Of a stretch of DNA of 64,000 bases, positions 37,342 through 45,166 are shown in pieces. Each line of letters starts with the position of its first letter. Position 1 is the stretch's first letter. Origin of the DNA: Gammaproteobacteria bacterium (GTDB lineage: Bacteria > Pseudomonadota > Gammaproteobacteria > Francisellales > CACEW01); assembly GCA_030652335.1 (NCBI GenBank), contig JAUSAW010000010.1, positions 64,563 through 128,562 of the forward strand, read 5' to 3'. Under the pieces are notes generated by a model. It was not told the DNA's origin and ran no database searches. It worked only from the letters and a program-made list of their open reading frames with translations. Both the position numbers and the translations under genes were made by a program.

Positions 37342-37707
37342 CTAAGCTGGCCTAGCGATTAAATACACGCCGATAATAATAATGCCGATCCCAATCATGC
37401 GGGTTAGGGTTAAATCTTCGCCGAATAAATAATAGGCTGCTACGGCATTGACGATATAACCGATGCTAAGCATAGGGTAAGCGAAGCTGACTTCTACTCG
37501 AGATAAGACTAATAGCCACACCAGTACGCTAAATACATAACAGCATAGGCCGCCAAAAATAAAGGGATTGCTAGCTGCCTGAAAGCCTATCGGTAAAATA
37601 TTATGAAAACTAAAGCTAAACTCCCCGATGCGGTTCATGCCGGCTTTTAGTAAAAGCTGGGCGCTGGCATTTAACATTACCCCTAACAAAATTAAAGCAA
37701 ACATCAT
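37342..37707 (-). CDS. ArnE/ArnF-like small (EamA/SMR-type) flippase subunit
   Basis: 121 aa, 4 TM. ..SAQLLLKAG.. and ..FAYPMLSIGYIV.. (cf. E. coli ArnE ..GIAYPMLSLNFV..). It starts 2 nt after the arnT stop. Confidence 0.7.
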   Translation of the reverse strand: MMFALILLGVMLNASAQLLLKAGMNRIGEFSFSFHNILPIGFQAASNPFIFGGLCCYVFSVLVWLLVLSRVEVSFAYPMLSIGYIVNAVAAYYLFGEDLTLTRMIGIGIIIIGVYLIARPA

Positions 37708-37709
37708 GG

Positions 37710-39383
37710 CTATGGCTTCCTATTAGTGATCAATACATCATTGCTGGTCTGATCGATTACATAAAGGCGGTGACTGCTTGATTGAGCCTGATAGTCCCCT
37801 TGGCTCATAATCATATAAACCGTTTGAGGGCCTGACCACATTTTCCATAAGCCAGCGTCATCGTACATCCAGGTTTTAACCTGGGGGTCGGTATCTAAGC
37901 CGTATTGTAGCTCATCTTGCCAGTCGATAATAACCACTTTGCGCTGAATATAATAAGGCAGATCTTGGTAATAAGTCCTAAAGCTCACTACTACGGCCGC
38001 TGGGTTTTGTTGCAGCAAGGGTTTAAGGTCGGCGGCTAGTGGTTGTATAGAGCGATTAACAATATAGGGAGAAGCAACCCATACCAGGTTCATAATGAAC
38101 CAAGGCAACACTACCATGGTAATGATAAGCTTTTTAAACTGATTGCGGCACCAGAAATAAAGACTCATTAGGCCGGCTATTAAAAAGCTTAGTGCGGTTA
38201 AGACTAAGAGTGGATAGGTTAAATGCGGTCTGGCAATAAATTGAAATTTCGGCAGTACGATTAAGGCGAAGCTTATGATAATGCAGATAGCAATAAATAG
38301 GCTAATGCTGATTTTTTGGCTTTTATTTAAGCCAAGTTCCCAATGCGAGTCGATATAGCGCGCAGTTAAAATGGCTAGTGGCGGTATGATCGGTAGCAGA
38401 TACGGAATTAAGATCGAATGCGAGCAGGCAAAAAACAAGGTAATGGCCCCGGCCCAGACTACTAAAAATAAAGGCTCGGCAGAAAGCTGACGCAGTTTCC
38501 AAGAAGTCGGTAAGTTATAGCGAATGCTTTGCACGATCCAAACCGTCCAAGGGAAAAAGCCTAATACCAAGACGGCTATATAGCTAAGCAAAGCCATATG
38601 CCGATGTTCGACCGGAGTGGCATAACGTGCAAATTCTTCGATGATAAAAAATTCATGGAAAAATGTGGGTACGGCGTGTTGGGTCAGGATAAGCCAGGGC
38701 AGGGTGACCGCTAAAAATAACATAAGGCCGCTAACAATTCGCATCTGTTTTAACACATACCAACGGTTTAATAAGAGTATCCATAGACCGATAATCATCA
38801 TTGGGAATACAATGCCGATTAAGCCTTTACATAGGAAGGCTAAGCCTGCACATAGATAGGCGGCCCAGAACCATAAGCTTTGCTTAGTTCGATGTGTGGC
38901 ACGCAATCCCAGCATAAAGCTTAATAGGCTTAGGGTCATAAAAAAGCTTAAGCCTGCATCCATGGTCAACATATGATTGATAGAAATATACAATAAGCTG
39001 CTGCTCGCTATTAAAGCCGCTAGAATTCCAGTGCGACGATTAAATAATTTGCGACTCGCTGCATAAATGCTTAAACAACCCAGCACCGAAAAAAGGCCAT
39101 TTATGGTCCGAACAGCCCATTCGCTATAGCCAAAACAATGCATAAAAAATGCGGTTAACCAATAGATTAAAGGCGGTTTTTCAAAGTAGATGACTCCATC
39201 TAAGTGCGGAATTATAAAATTTCCTGAGGCTAACATTTCCCTTGGAATCTCGGCATAGCGGCCTTCATCGGGAGTAAATAAACTCGGTATGCCTAAAGTA
39301 ATAAAAGACACGATGCCGATAACCAAGCTTAACCATAATAGGTCGGTTAACCAGCTGCGGTCTTTTGCTAAAAATGATTTCAT
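37710..39383 (-). CDS. arnT: ArnT-family (GT83) lipid A aminoarabinose-type glycosyltransferase
   Basis: ..PDEGRYAEIPREMLASGNFIIPHLDGVIYFEKPPLIYW.. parallels E. coli ArnT ..[29 protein letters not shown]..YW.. (from memory). About 12 TM helices plus a C-terminal periplasmic domain. Confidence 0.85.
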   Translation of the reverse strand: MKSFLAKDRSWLTDLLWLSLVIGIVSFITLGIPSLFTPDEGRYAEIPREMLASGNFIIPHLDGVIYFEKPPLIYWLTAFFMHCFGYSEWAVRTINGLFSVLGCLSIYAASRKLFNRRTGILAALIASSSLLYISINHMLTMDAGLSFFMTLSLLSFMLGLRATHRTKQSLWFWAAYLCAGLAFLCKGLIGIVFPMMIIGLWILLLNRWYVLKQMRIVSGLMLFLAVTLPWLILTQHAVPTFFHEFFIIEEFARYATPVEHRHMALLSYIAVLVLGFFPWTVWIVQSIRYNLPTSWKLRQLSAEPLFLVVWAGAITLFFACSHSILIPYLLPIIPPLAILTARYIDSHWELGLNKSQKISISLFIAICIIISFALIVLPKFQFIARPHLTYPLLVLTALSFLIAGLMSLYFWCRNQFKKLIITMVVLPWFIMNLVWVASPYIVNRSIQPLAADLKPLLQQNPAAVVVSFRTYYQDLPYYIQRKVVIIDWQDELQYGLDTDPQVKTWMYDDAGLWKMWSGPQTVYMIMSQGDYQAQSSSHRLYVIDQTSNDVLITNRKP

Positions 39384-39499
39384 AAGGCTGTCTCAGAATA
39401 CAAATTTTGCTAACGATAGCATTTTGTAGGGTATGAGTAAATAAAACTGAAAAGAACAAGCCAGCGATAGGCTAGCTTGTTAAGAGAGTGCGCTTTAGA

Positions 39500-39760
39500 T
39501 CATACAGGCATTGGATCTTCGTATTGTGCAGTTGCCGCGGTAGTTACTCTTCTTGTTGTTGCATACATCGCGCCTTCGATAGGTAGATGTGCAGTTTCCA
39601 CCCCAGCCCCTGCTGCCGCTGGCGGTGCACTTGCTGGAAGGGGAGTTGTGGCCTCTAAGCTAGGGGCAGCAATTATTTCAGCCAATTTTTCATTTAATCT
39701 GGAAGCGCTTATAACAGGCCCAGCTAATCTATATCCTTTGTTATACATATATAGAATCAT
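39500..39760 (-). CDS. Possible small protein (86 aa) with effector-tail-like composition
   Basis: ..APSLEATTPLPASAPPAAAGAGVETAHLPIEGAMYATTRRVTTAATAQYEDPMPV resembles the C-terminal tails of neighbouring orphan genes. No clear RBS. It is fully overlapped by antisense ORF 39477..39809, which shares its wobble positions, so codon bias cannot discriminate between them. Confidence 0.3.
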   Translation of the reverse strand: MILYMYNKGYRLAGPVISASRLNEKLAEIIAAPSLEATTPLPASAPPAAAGAGVETAHLPIEGAMYATTRRVTTAATAQYEDPMPV

Positions 39761-39877
39761 GGATTTCTGTAGATCGCTTGGAGTTTCACAATTGAGTGAT
39801 GTTCAGTAGGCTAGATTATCCTTTCTAATAATGAAGCCGTCCTTAGGACAGCCTCATTTGCTTAGTTCGGCATGAAA

Positions 39878-41068
39878 TCAGAGTCCAGGAGTTGTTGGGG
39901 TGAGAGGAGAGGCGGTGGCTGGTAAAGCGGGAGCAGACGATGGAGGTAGTTCTATTGTGGCAGCAGCCTCAAAGGAGCCTGTAAATCTTGTAGGTTTTTC
40001 ACCGGCCCCGCATGCGGCCTTAGGGGCAGGGTCCCCTGAAAGAAGAGAGGATTCTATTATGGCCTTAAATAAAGTCTGGTCTGTGTCGCTGCATCCTGCT
40101 GTTAATGTATAACCTCGTTCATGCAACAAACGAATGGGGTCAGCTCCCATGTTTGAACTTGATTTTTTATAATTTGCTAACGCCCTATCCATAAGATGAA
40201 GAGAGCGGCGATATTCCGGCGTAGTCTGTGTATCCAGTACGTCAAGAATGGATGTAACCACTTGAATGTTGTTGGAATCCAGTGCCTTATAAACAAAATC
40301 GCGGGAATGTTTAATCTCAAGTTTTGCCTGATCCGAAGAGAATAGGGCTTTCATTACTTCATATGGAATCGCAACATAACAGCTTAAGACTCGGTCATAA
40401 AAGGTCTCTCCATCGGACATGCGCGTATAAATATCAGCGTTAAGTTGAAGGAGTAGCGCTACACTTTCATAATCACGGTGATCCCAAGCCCATTCTAAGA
40501 AACCCATTTTTTTATTTTCTTTAGAAAATTCATAGCTCACATCGTCGCTACATGCCGCCCAGTGGGTAGAAACCGATGAATCTACTTTAAGGTCTTGAGT
40601 TTTAATACAGCGATTATTGATTTGCCCTAATGCTGCCATCAGCCTTAATTCATCTTCATTTAAATCGATAGAGGGGATTGGAACATCGCCGCGCCAAAAT
40701 TTTATGCGGTGATCCTTAGGTGTTGGCTCATCGGAATATTTTCCAGAAAACGAACATTCTTTTCGTAAGCTAAACTGATTGTCGAAAATATCGTTGCAGT
40801 TCATATCGGCCAATTTGTCCAAAGGGAAGGTCCCCTTCTTTATCAGGCTATATAAATTGCGGGTGGCAGCAGAGCGGGTGAGGGAGTGCGAGGGGCGGGA
40901 ATTCACAATCCGCTGTAGGTCGGCCAGGGTAATAGTGCTATTGCCAGCAACGCCTGCGAGATCAAGCATGCTATCGATCCCGCTAATGCCTTTTTTTGTA
41001 GCCCCGCCGAATATACGGTCTAATGCCTTTTTAAGATTACTCGACTGAACGGTTTGGGCGCTATACAT
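39878..41068 (-). CDS. Hypothetical effector-like protein (396 aa from preferred start)
   Basis: Listed ORF 39878..41116. I prefer ATG 41068 (MYSAQTVQSS..), preceded by AAGGAGcataac. No confident domain. Weak ANK-like helices (..YESVALLLQLNADIYTRMSDGETFYDRVL..). The tail is ..KAACGAGEKPTRFTGSFEAAATIELPPSSAPALPATASPLTPTTPGL. Confidence 0.7.
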   Translation of the reverse strand: MYSAQTVQSSNLKKALDRIFGGATKKGISGIDSMLDLAGVAGNSTITLADLQRIVNSRPSHSLTRSAATRNLYSLIKKGTFPLDKLADMNCNDIFDNQFSLRKECSFSGKYSDEPTPKDHRIKFWRGDVPIPSIDLNEDELRLMAALGQINNRCIKTQDLKVDSSVSTHWAACSDDVSYEFSKENKKMGFLEWAWDHRDYESVALLLQLNADIYTRMSDGETFYDRVLSCYVAIPYEVMKALFSSDQAKLEIKHSRDFVYKALDSNNIQVVTSILDVLDTQTTPEYRRSLHLMDRALANYKKSSSNMGADPIRLLHERGYTLTAGCSDTDQTLFKAIIESSLLSGDPAPKAACGAGEKPTRFTGSFEAAATIELPPSSAPALPATASPLTPTTPGL

Positions 41069-41265
41069 GTTATGCTCCTTAAAAGTCCGAATAAGTTTTA
41101 CCAGGTTAAAGGCCAACTTGTTGCAAGTAAAGGTTGTTACAGATCAAGGTCGGTAGAAGTTAGATTCATTTTGCAGCTGCGAGACTAAATGCCGAAGGCT
41201 CTAGCTTGTGCCTGTCGATTCTATTATGATGGCGGAATATTTTCTGTAGGATTTAAGGTGTTGAT

Positions 41266-41442
41266 ATGGATTTTAAAAAATATATGTGTGTACTCTGCGG
41301 CTTTATCTATGATGAGGCTGAAGGCTGGCCTGCCGATGGTATCGCGCCCGGTACGCTTTGGGATGATGTGCCTTTGAATTGGATGTGCCCTGAGTGTGGC
41401 GCGGCTAAGCAGGATTTTGAGATGTTGGAAATGAACGATTGA
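41266..41442 (+). CDS. Rubredoxin (58 aa; below the ORF-track length cutoff)
   Basis: [67 protein letters not shown], with CxxCG ... CPxCG and the conserved YDE..G.P..GI.PGT.W..LP..W.CP.CG pattern. Confidence 0.88.
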   Translation: MDFKKYMCVLCGFIYDEAEGWPADGIAPGTLWDDVPLNWMCPECGAAKQDFEMLEMND

Positions 41443-41444
41443 CA

Positions 41445-41671
41445 GATTTTCTTATCAGCTTGCTGATTTTAGAAAATCGTCATCCTCGGGCTTTTACCTA
41501 AGGTAAAAGAACCGGGGGTCCAGAACTAGATTCCCGCTTTCGCGGGAATGGCAAATAGTAGGAACAAAAAAAACCCGCAATTAGCGGGTTTTTTTGAATC
41601 CCGGGTTCATCGGCTTTTAGTCGCTGCCCCAGGATAATGATTTTCTAAGCAGCAAAGCTACTAAGAAAATC
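41445..41671. repeat. MITE-like composite palindromic element filling the whole rubredoxin-rpmG intergenic region
   Basis: Terminal hairpins GATTTTCTTA..TTAGAAAATC (41445..41478) and GATTTTCTAAG..CTAAGAAAATC (41639..41671). Inner inverted repeats TAGAAAATCGTCATCCTCGGGC (41470..41491) vs the reverse complement of GCCCCAGGATAATGATTTTCTA (41626..41647), with 19/22 matches. An internal hairpin ATTCCCGC tttc GCGGGAAT (41530..41549) and the terminator at 41566..41595 lie in the centre. Confidence 0.6.
41566..41595. terminator. Bidirectional rho-independent terminator
   Basis: AAAAAAAACCCGC aatta GCGGGTTTTTTT, with A-run and T-run flanks. It lies between the convergent rubredoxin and rpmG genes. 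Confidence 0.8.
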
Positions 41672-41673
41672 TA

Positions 41674-41841
41674 TTATTTGATTTTTTTCTCTTTATAAAC
41701 AACGTGCTTACGAGCTACTGGATCGTATTTGCTCATTTCCATTTTTTCTGGAGTATTTTGTTTATTTTTCATAGTGGTATAGAAATGCCCTGTGCCAGCG
41801 GTCGATTCTAATTTAATTTTTTCAGTTTTACCCTTTGCCAT
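41674..41841 (-). CDS. rpmG: 50S ribosomal protein L33 (55 aa; not in ORF track)
   Basis: Reverse-strand translation [55 protein letters not shown]. Confidence 0.95.
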   Translation of the reverse strand: MAKGKTEKIKLESTAGTGHFYTTMKNKQNTPEKMEMSKYDPVARKHVVYKEKKIK

Positions 41842-41853
41842 GATCTTTGTCCT

Positions 41854-42090
41854 TTATACCTTGTAGCCATTTGTACGCAATTCTGCTAACACGGAATCGA
41901 TACCATTTTTGTCAATAGTACGCATGCCTTTATGGCTTAAACGTAGTTTAACAAAGCGATTTTCTGACTCTACCCAAAAACGATGGGTGTGCAAGTTAGG
42001 CAAGAAGCGACGCTTGGTTTTATTGTGTGCGTGAGAAACCTTATTACCAGAAACTGGGCGCTTCCCTGTCAATATACATACTTTAGACAC
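41854..42090 (-). CDS. rpmB: 50S ribosomal protein L28
   Basis: Listed ORF 41854..42162 is N-terminally over-extended. GTG 42090 preceded by GGAGGataatc gives (M)[51 protein letters not shown].., 78 aa. Confidence 0.95.
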   Translation of the reverse strand: MSKVCILTGKRPVSGNKVSHAHNKTKRRFLPNLHTHRFWVESENRFVKLRLSHKGMRTIDKNGIDSVLAELRTNGYKV

Positions 42091-42133
42091 GATTATCCTC
42101 CAACAAAATATCTTGAAACTGAAAAAGGCGTAA

Positions 42134-42162
42134 TTTATACCAATTTTTCCAGCTCGATGCAA
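42134..42162 (-). promoter_or_regulatory. Candidate sigma70 promoter of rpmB-rpmG
   Basis: Minus strand: TTGCAT (42162..42157), a 17-nt spacer, then TATAAA (42139..42134), about 45 nt upstream of the rpmB start. Confidence 0.45.
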
Positions 42163-42293
42163 GATATTGTTTGTTTATTTGTACGGTAATGCTATTTGAT
42201 AGTATAAATATGCATGACATTTTAGTGTATTTTTAGCAGGCTTCGCGATAAACTTTATGGTTATATTATTATAAAGTGTTGATAAGGACTGTT

Positions 42294-44279
42294 ATGCGCT
42301 TAACTGATGAGAACCAACCTTTAATTCCAGCCTCGACTATTTTACCAGAGTTTACTCTTAAGGCTATTATTTTATCGCTTATTTTAGCGGCAATTTTAGC
42401 GGCTTCCAATGCTTATTTGGCGCTTAAGCTAGGTCAGACCATTTCAGCTTCGATTCCAGCCTCGGTATTAGCCTTAGGCGTCTTGCGTTTTTTTAAGAAT
42501 TCTAATGTATTAGAAAGCAATCTGGCTCAGACAGCAGCCTCGGCCGGAGAAGGCGTGGCAGCAGCCATTTCATTTGTATTGCCGGCGATGATCGTCGTAC
42601 ATGCCTGGATAGGGTTTCCTTACTGGGAGACGACCATGGTAACTTTAATCGGTGGTTTATTAGGGGTGCTGTTTTCGATTCCATTACGTCCCATTTTATT
42701 AAATTTACCGGAATTAAGCTTTCCTGAAGGCACGGCCATCGGTAACGTATTAAAGGCCAGCACTCAAGGCGGCGCCCATATGAAATATTTAGCCCAGGGC
42801 GGCTTAGTGGGAGCGGCAATTAGCTTTTGCCAAGACGGTTTGCAATTTATTTCTGATAACTGGCAGATGTGGACGTATACCCGCCAAAGCCTATTTGGTA
42901 TCGGGATTGGCTTTTCGCCAGCCATAGTGGCGGCCGGATATATCGTTGGGGTGCAGGTTGGTTTAAGTTTATTGGTAGGCGTAATACTCGGCTGGGTAAT
43001 CGTGTTGCCAGGCATCGCTTTCTATTATCACGAACCTCATGTTGGTGCGGCTTACGATGCGGCGATGGATCTATGGTCTAATCATTTGCGCTTCGTCGGC
43101 GTGGGTACCATGTTGGTCGGTGGCTTTTATACTTTAGCCCAATTGGCGCAACCCATTCTTAAGGGCTTTATCCGTTCATGGCGTGCCATGAAGCATGCTA
43201 AAACGGTAGTCGGTGGCTTGCCTCGTACTGAGCGTGATCTTCCTATGCCTTATGTATTGCTAGGTTCAGGTATATTGGCTTTATTATTGCTTCCTATTAT
43301 CGCCCATTTTATTGTGAGTTTGCATGTATTTGATAATACTTTTCAAATGCTATTAACCACGGTATTTTCCGTCTGCTACGTGTTGATTGTAGGCTTTATA
43401 TTGGCGACTATTTGTGGTTATTTTACCGGTTTAATCGGCTCTTCTAATAATCCATTATCAGGGGTATTAATTATTGCGGTTATTTTATTATCTTTGCTCT
43501 ATTTGGTAATGTTTCACGGTTATACCTCAACTCATGGCACCTCTATCGTTGCCGTGGTGATATTGGTTATTACTGTCATTGCCGCTGCGGCGTCGATTGC
43601 CAATGAAAATATTCAAGATTTAAAAGCGGGCCAAATGGTGGGGGCGACTCCTTGGAAGCAGCAATTGATGTTGGCGCTTGGGGTTATCGTATCTGCTTTA
43701 ATTATCGGTCCAGTTTTAGATTTGCTGTTTAATGCCTATGGAATTGCCGGTGTTTACCCGCGCCCTGGCATGGACCCTTCACAAATGCTGGCAGCGCCTC
43801 AGGCTAGCTTAATGGCGGCGGTGGCTCAAGGCGTTATTATGCATTCCTTAAACTGGAGCATGATTGGTCTTGGTGGCCTTTTAGCGGTGGGTGTTATTTT
43901 TGTGGATCGTTACCTTAATACTAAAAATATGCGCCTGCCAACCTTAGCGGTAGGATTGGGTATTTATCTGCCACCTGAGGTTATTACTCCGGCTGTCATC
44001 GGCGCCTTAATTAACTATGCCGTTAAGCGTTATCTTCGTCATAAAGTTACCGGCAAATTAATTGAAGATGAGCGTTACGGCAAAGGCGTGTTATTAGCTT
44101 GTGGGCTAGTCGCCGGTAGCGCCTTAATGGGTGTGTTCTTAGCGATCCCATTCGTTATAGCGGATAATTCCAATGTCTGGGCGATAGTAGGTCCTAATTT
44201 TGTTATGATCGCCAATATTTTAGGGATGGGCTGCTTAATTGGATTATGTGTCTGGTTATTTAGAGTCGCCACTCGATAA
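42294..44279 (+). CDS. OPT-superfamily oligopeptide transporter
   Basis: Listed ORF from GTG 42276; I prefer ATG 42294 (AAGGA upstream). ..EFTLKAIILSLILAAILAASNAYLALKLGQTISASIPASVLA.. is the typical OPT N-terminal motif. About 16 TM helices. Confidence 0.85.
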   Translation: MRLTDENQPLIPASTILPEFTLKAIILSLILAAILAASNAYLALKLGQTISASIPASVLALGVLRFFKNSNVLESNLAQTAASAGEGVAAAISFVLPAMIVVHAWIGFPYWETTMVTLIGGLLGVLFSIPLRPILLNLPELSFPEGTAIGNVLKASTQGGAHMKYLAQGGLVGAAISFCQDGLQFISDNWQMWTYTRQSLFGIGIGFSPAIVAAGYIVGVQVGLSLLVGVILGWVIVLPGIAFYYHEPHVGAAYDAAMDLWSNHLRFVGVGTMLVGGFYTLAQLAQPILKGFIRSWRAMKHAKTVVGGLPRTERDLPMPYVLLGSGILALLLLPIIAHFIVSLHVFDNTFQMLLTTVFSVCYVLIVGFILATICGYFTGLIGSSNNPLSGVLIIAVILLSLLYLVMFHGYTSTHGTSIVAVVILVITVIAAAASIANENIQDLKAGQMVGATPWKQQLMLALGVIVSALIIGPVLDLLFNAYGIAGVYPRPGMDPSQMLAAPQASLMAAVAQGVIMHSLNWSMIGLGGLLAVGVIFVDRYLNTKNMRLPTLAVGLGIYLPPEVITPAVIGALINYAVKRYLRHKVTGKLIEDERYGKGVLLACGLVAGSALMGVFLAIPFVIADNSNVWAIVGPNFVMIANILGMGCLIGLCVWLFRVATR

Positions 44280-44289
44280 TCGAATCGTC

Positions 44290-44319
44290 ATCCTGACAAT
44301 GTAAAGCATTCGTCAGGAT
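44290..44319. terminator. Hairpin between convergent OPT and radC genes (ATCCTGAYAA family)
   Basis: ATCCTGACAATG taaag CATTcGTCAGGAT (one bulged C), followed by CCAGTTTTAT. Confidence 0.5.
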
Positions 44320-44325
44320 CCAGTT

Positions 44326-45000
44326 TTATAATTTCTTCATCTCGGCAAACGAAAAATAATCCGAGTCGCCGATAATAATATGGTCCAATACCCGTATATC
44401 GAGTTCCAGCAATAAACTTTTTAGGCGATCGGTTAGGCGGATATCTTCCGCGCTAGCCATGGCATCACCTGAGGGATGGTTATGTCCAAAGATCACAGCA
44501 GCGGCATTATAGTCTAGGCAGCGCCGGACAATTTCCCTTGGGTAAATAGTGGCTTGATCGATGCTACCGACAAATAGCGTATCCAGAGCTAAGAGTTGGT
44601 TTTGGCTATTTAAAAATAAACTGACAAAGCATTCATTAGTCTGGTCGCGCAGTTCCTGTCTTAGAAATTCAATGACATGTTTTGGATCTGATAGGGTTTT
44701 GCCTTGCATGAGGCTTTCTTTCATATGGCGTTTGCTTATTTCAAGTGCGGCTTGCAGTTGAATAAAATGCGTAATGCCTATGCCCTTTATCTCACAAAAA
44801 CTTTTCTGTTGGGCTAGCAATACTGGTCTAAGTCCGCCAAATTTTGCTAAGAGTTCATTCGCCAGTTCTATGGCTGTTTTTCCTGGAATACCCGTGCGTA
44901 GAAATAGGGCTAGTAACTCTGCATCGCTGAGGCTGTGTCTGCCATGGGATAAGAGTTTTTCTCTAGGTCTGGTATGGCTGGGGAGTAATTTTAGTTTCAT
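44326..45000 (-). CDS. radC: RadC-family JAB/MPN domain protein
   Basis: ..LSDAELLALFLRTG.. (HhH) and ..IFGHNHPSGDAMASAEDIRLT.. (JAMM motif). Confidence 0.9.
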   Translation of the reverse strand: MKLKLLPSHTRPREKLLSHGRHSLSDAELLALFLRTGIPGKTAIELANELLAKFGGLRPVLLAQQKSFCEIKGIGITHFIQLQAALEISKRHMKESLMQGKTLSDPKHVIEFLRQELRDQTNECFVSLFLNSQNQLLALDTLFVGSIDQATIYPREIVRRCLDYNAAAVIFGHNHPSGDAMASAEDIRLTDRLKSLLLELDIRVLDHIIIGDSDYFSFAEMKKL

Positions 45001-45059
45001 AATAGCAGAGGATAGATTATTTTATGATCAATATCAATCGTGTATAGGCTGGATCCAGG

Positions 45060-45123
45060 TCCCCGGGTCATAATCTTGCAATTATGCCCCAGGATAATGA
45101 TTTTCTTGATAGCGCAGAAAATA
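45060..45123. repeat. Partial copy (right half) of the 41445..41671 element
   Basis: TCCCCGGGTCATaatcttgcaattaTGCCCCAGGATAATGATTTTCTtgatagcgcAGAAAAT vs TCCCGGGTTCATcggcttttagtcgcTGCCCCAGGATAATGATTTTCTaagcagc..AGAAAAT. An identical 22-mer TGCCCCAGGATAATGATTTTCT occurs at 45085..45106 and at 41625..41646. Confidence 0.7.
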
Positions 45124-45166
45124 GTTTGAGGCTATTATGGTTGAGATTAATTATTATAGGATCACT

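Noticed and set aside
41189-41377. Listed 62-aa ORF upstream of and overlapping the rubredoxin locus.
   Set aside because: It is in a different frame over the same DNA as a textbook rubredoxin that has its own RBS.
42091-42162. N-terminal extensions proposed by the ORF track: rpmB to 42162, OPT from 42276, dut from 45137, PMM from 45573, hemerythrin to 50650, cusR from 58104, 39878..41116, 57318..57863, 277..1761, and nrdA at GTG 54846.
   Set aside because: In each case an internal ATG/GTG with a much better Shine-Dalgarno sequence matches the known family N terminus, and/or the extension would overlap the upstream gene.
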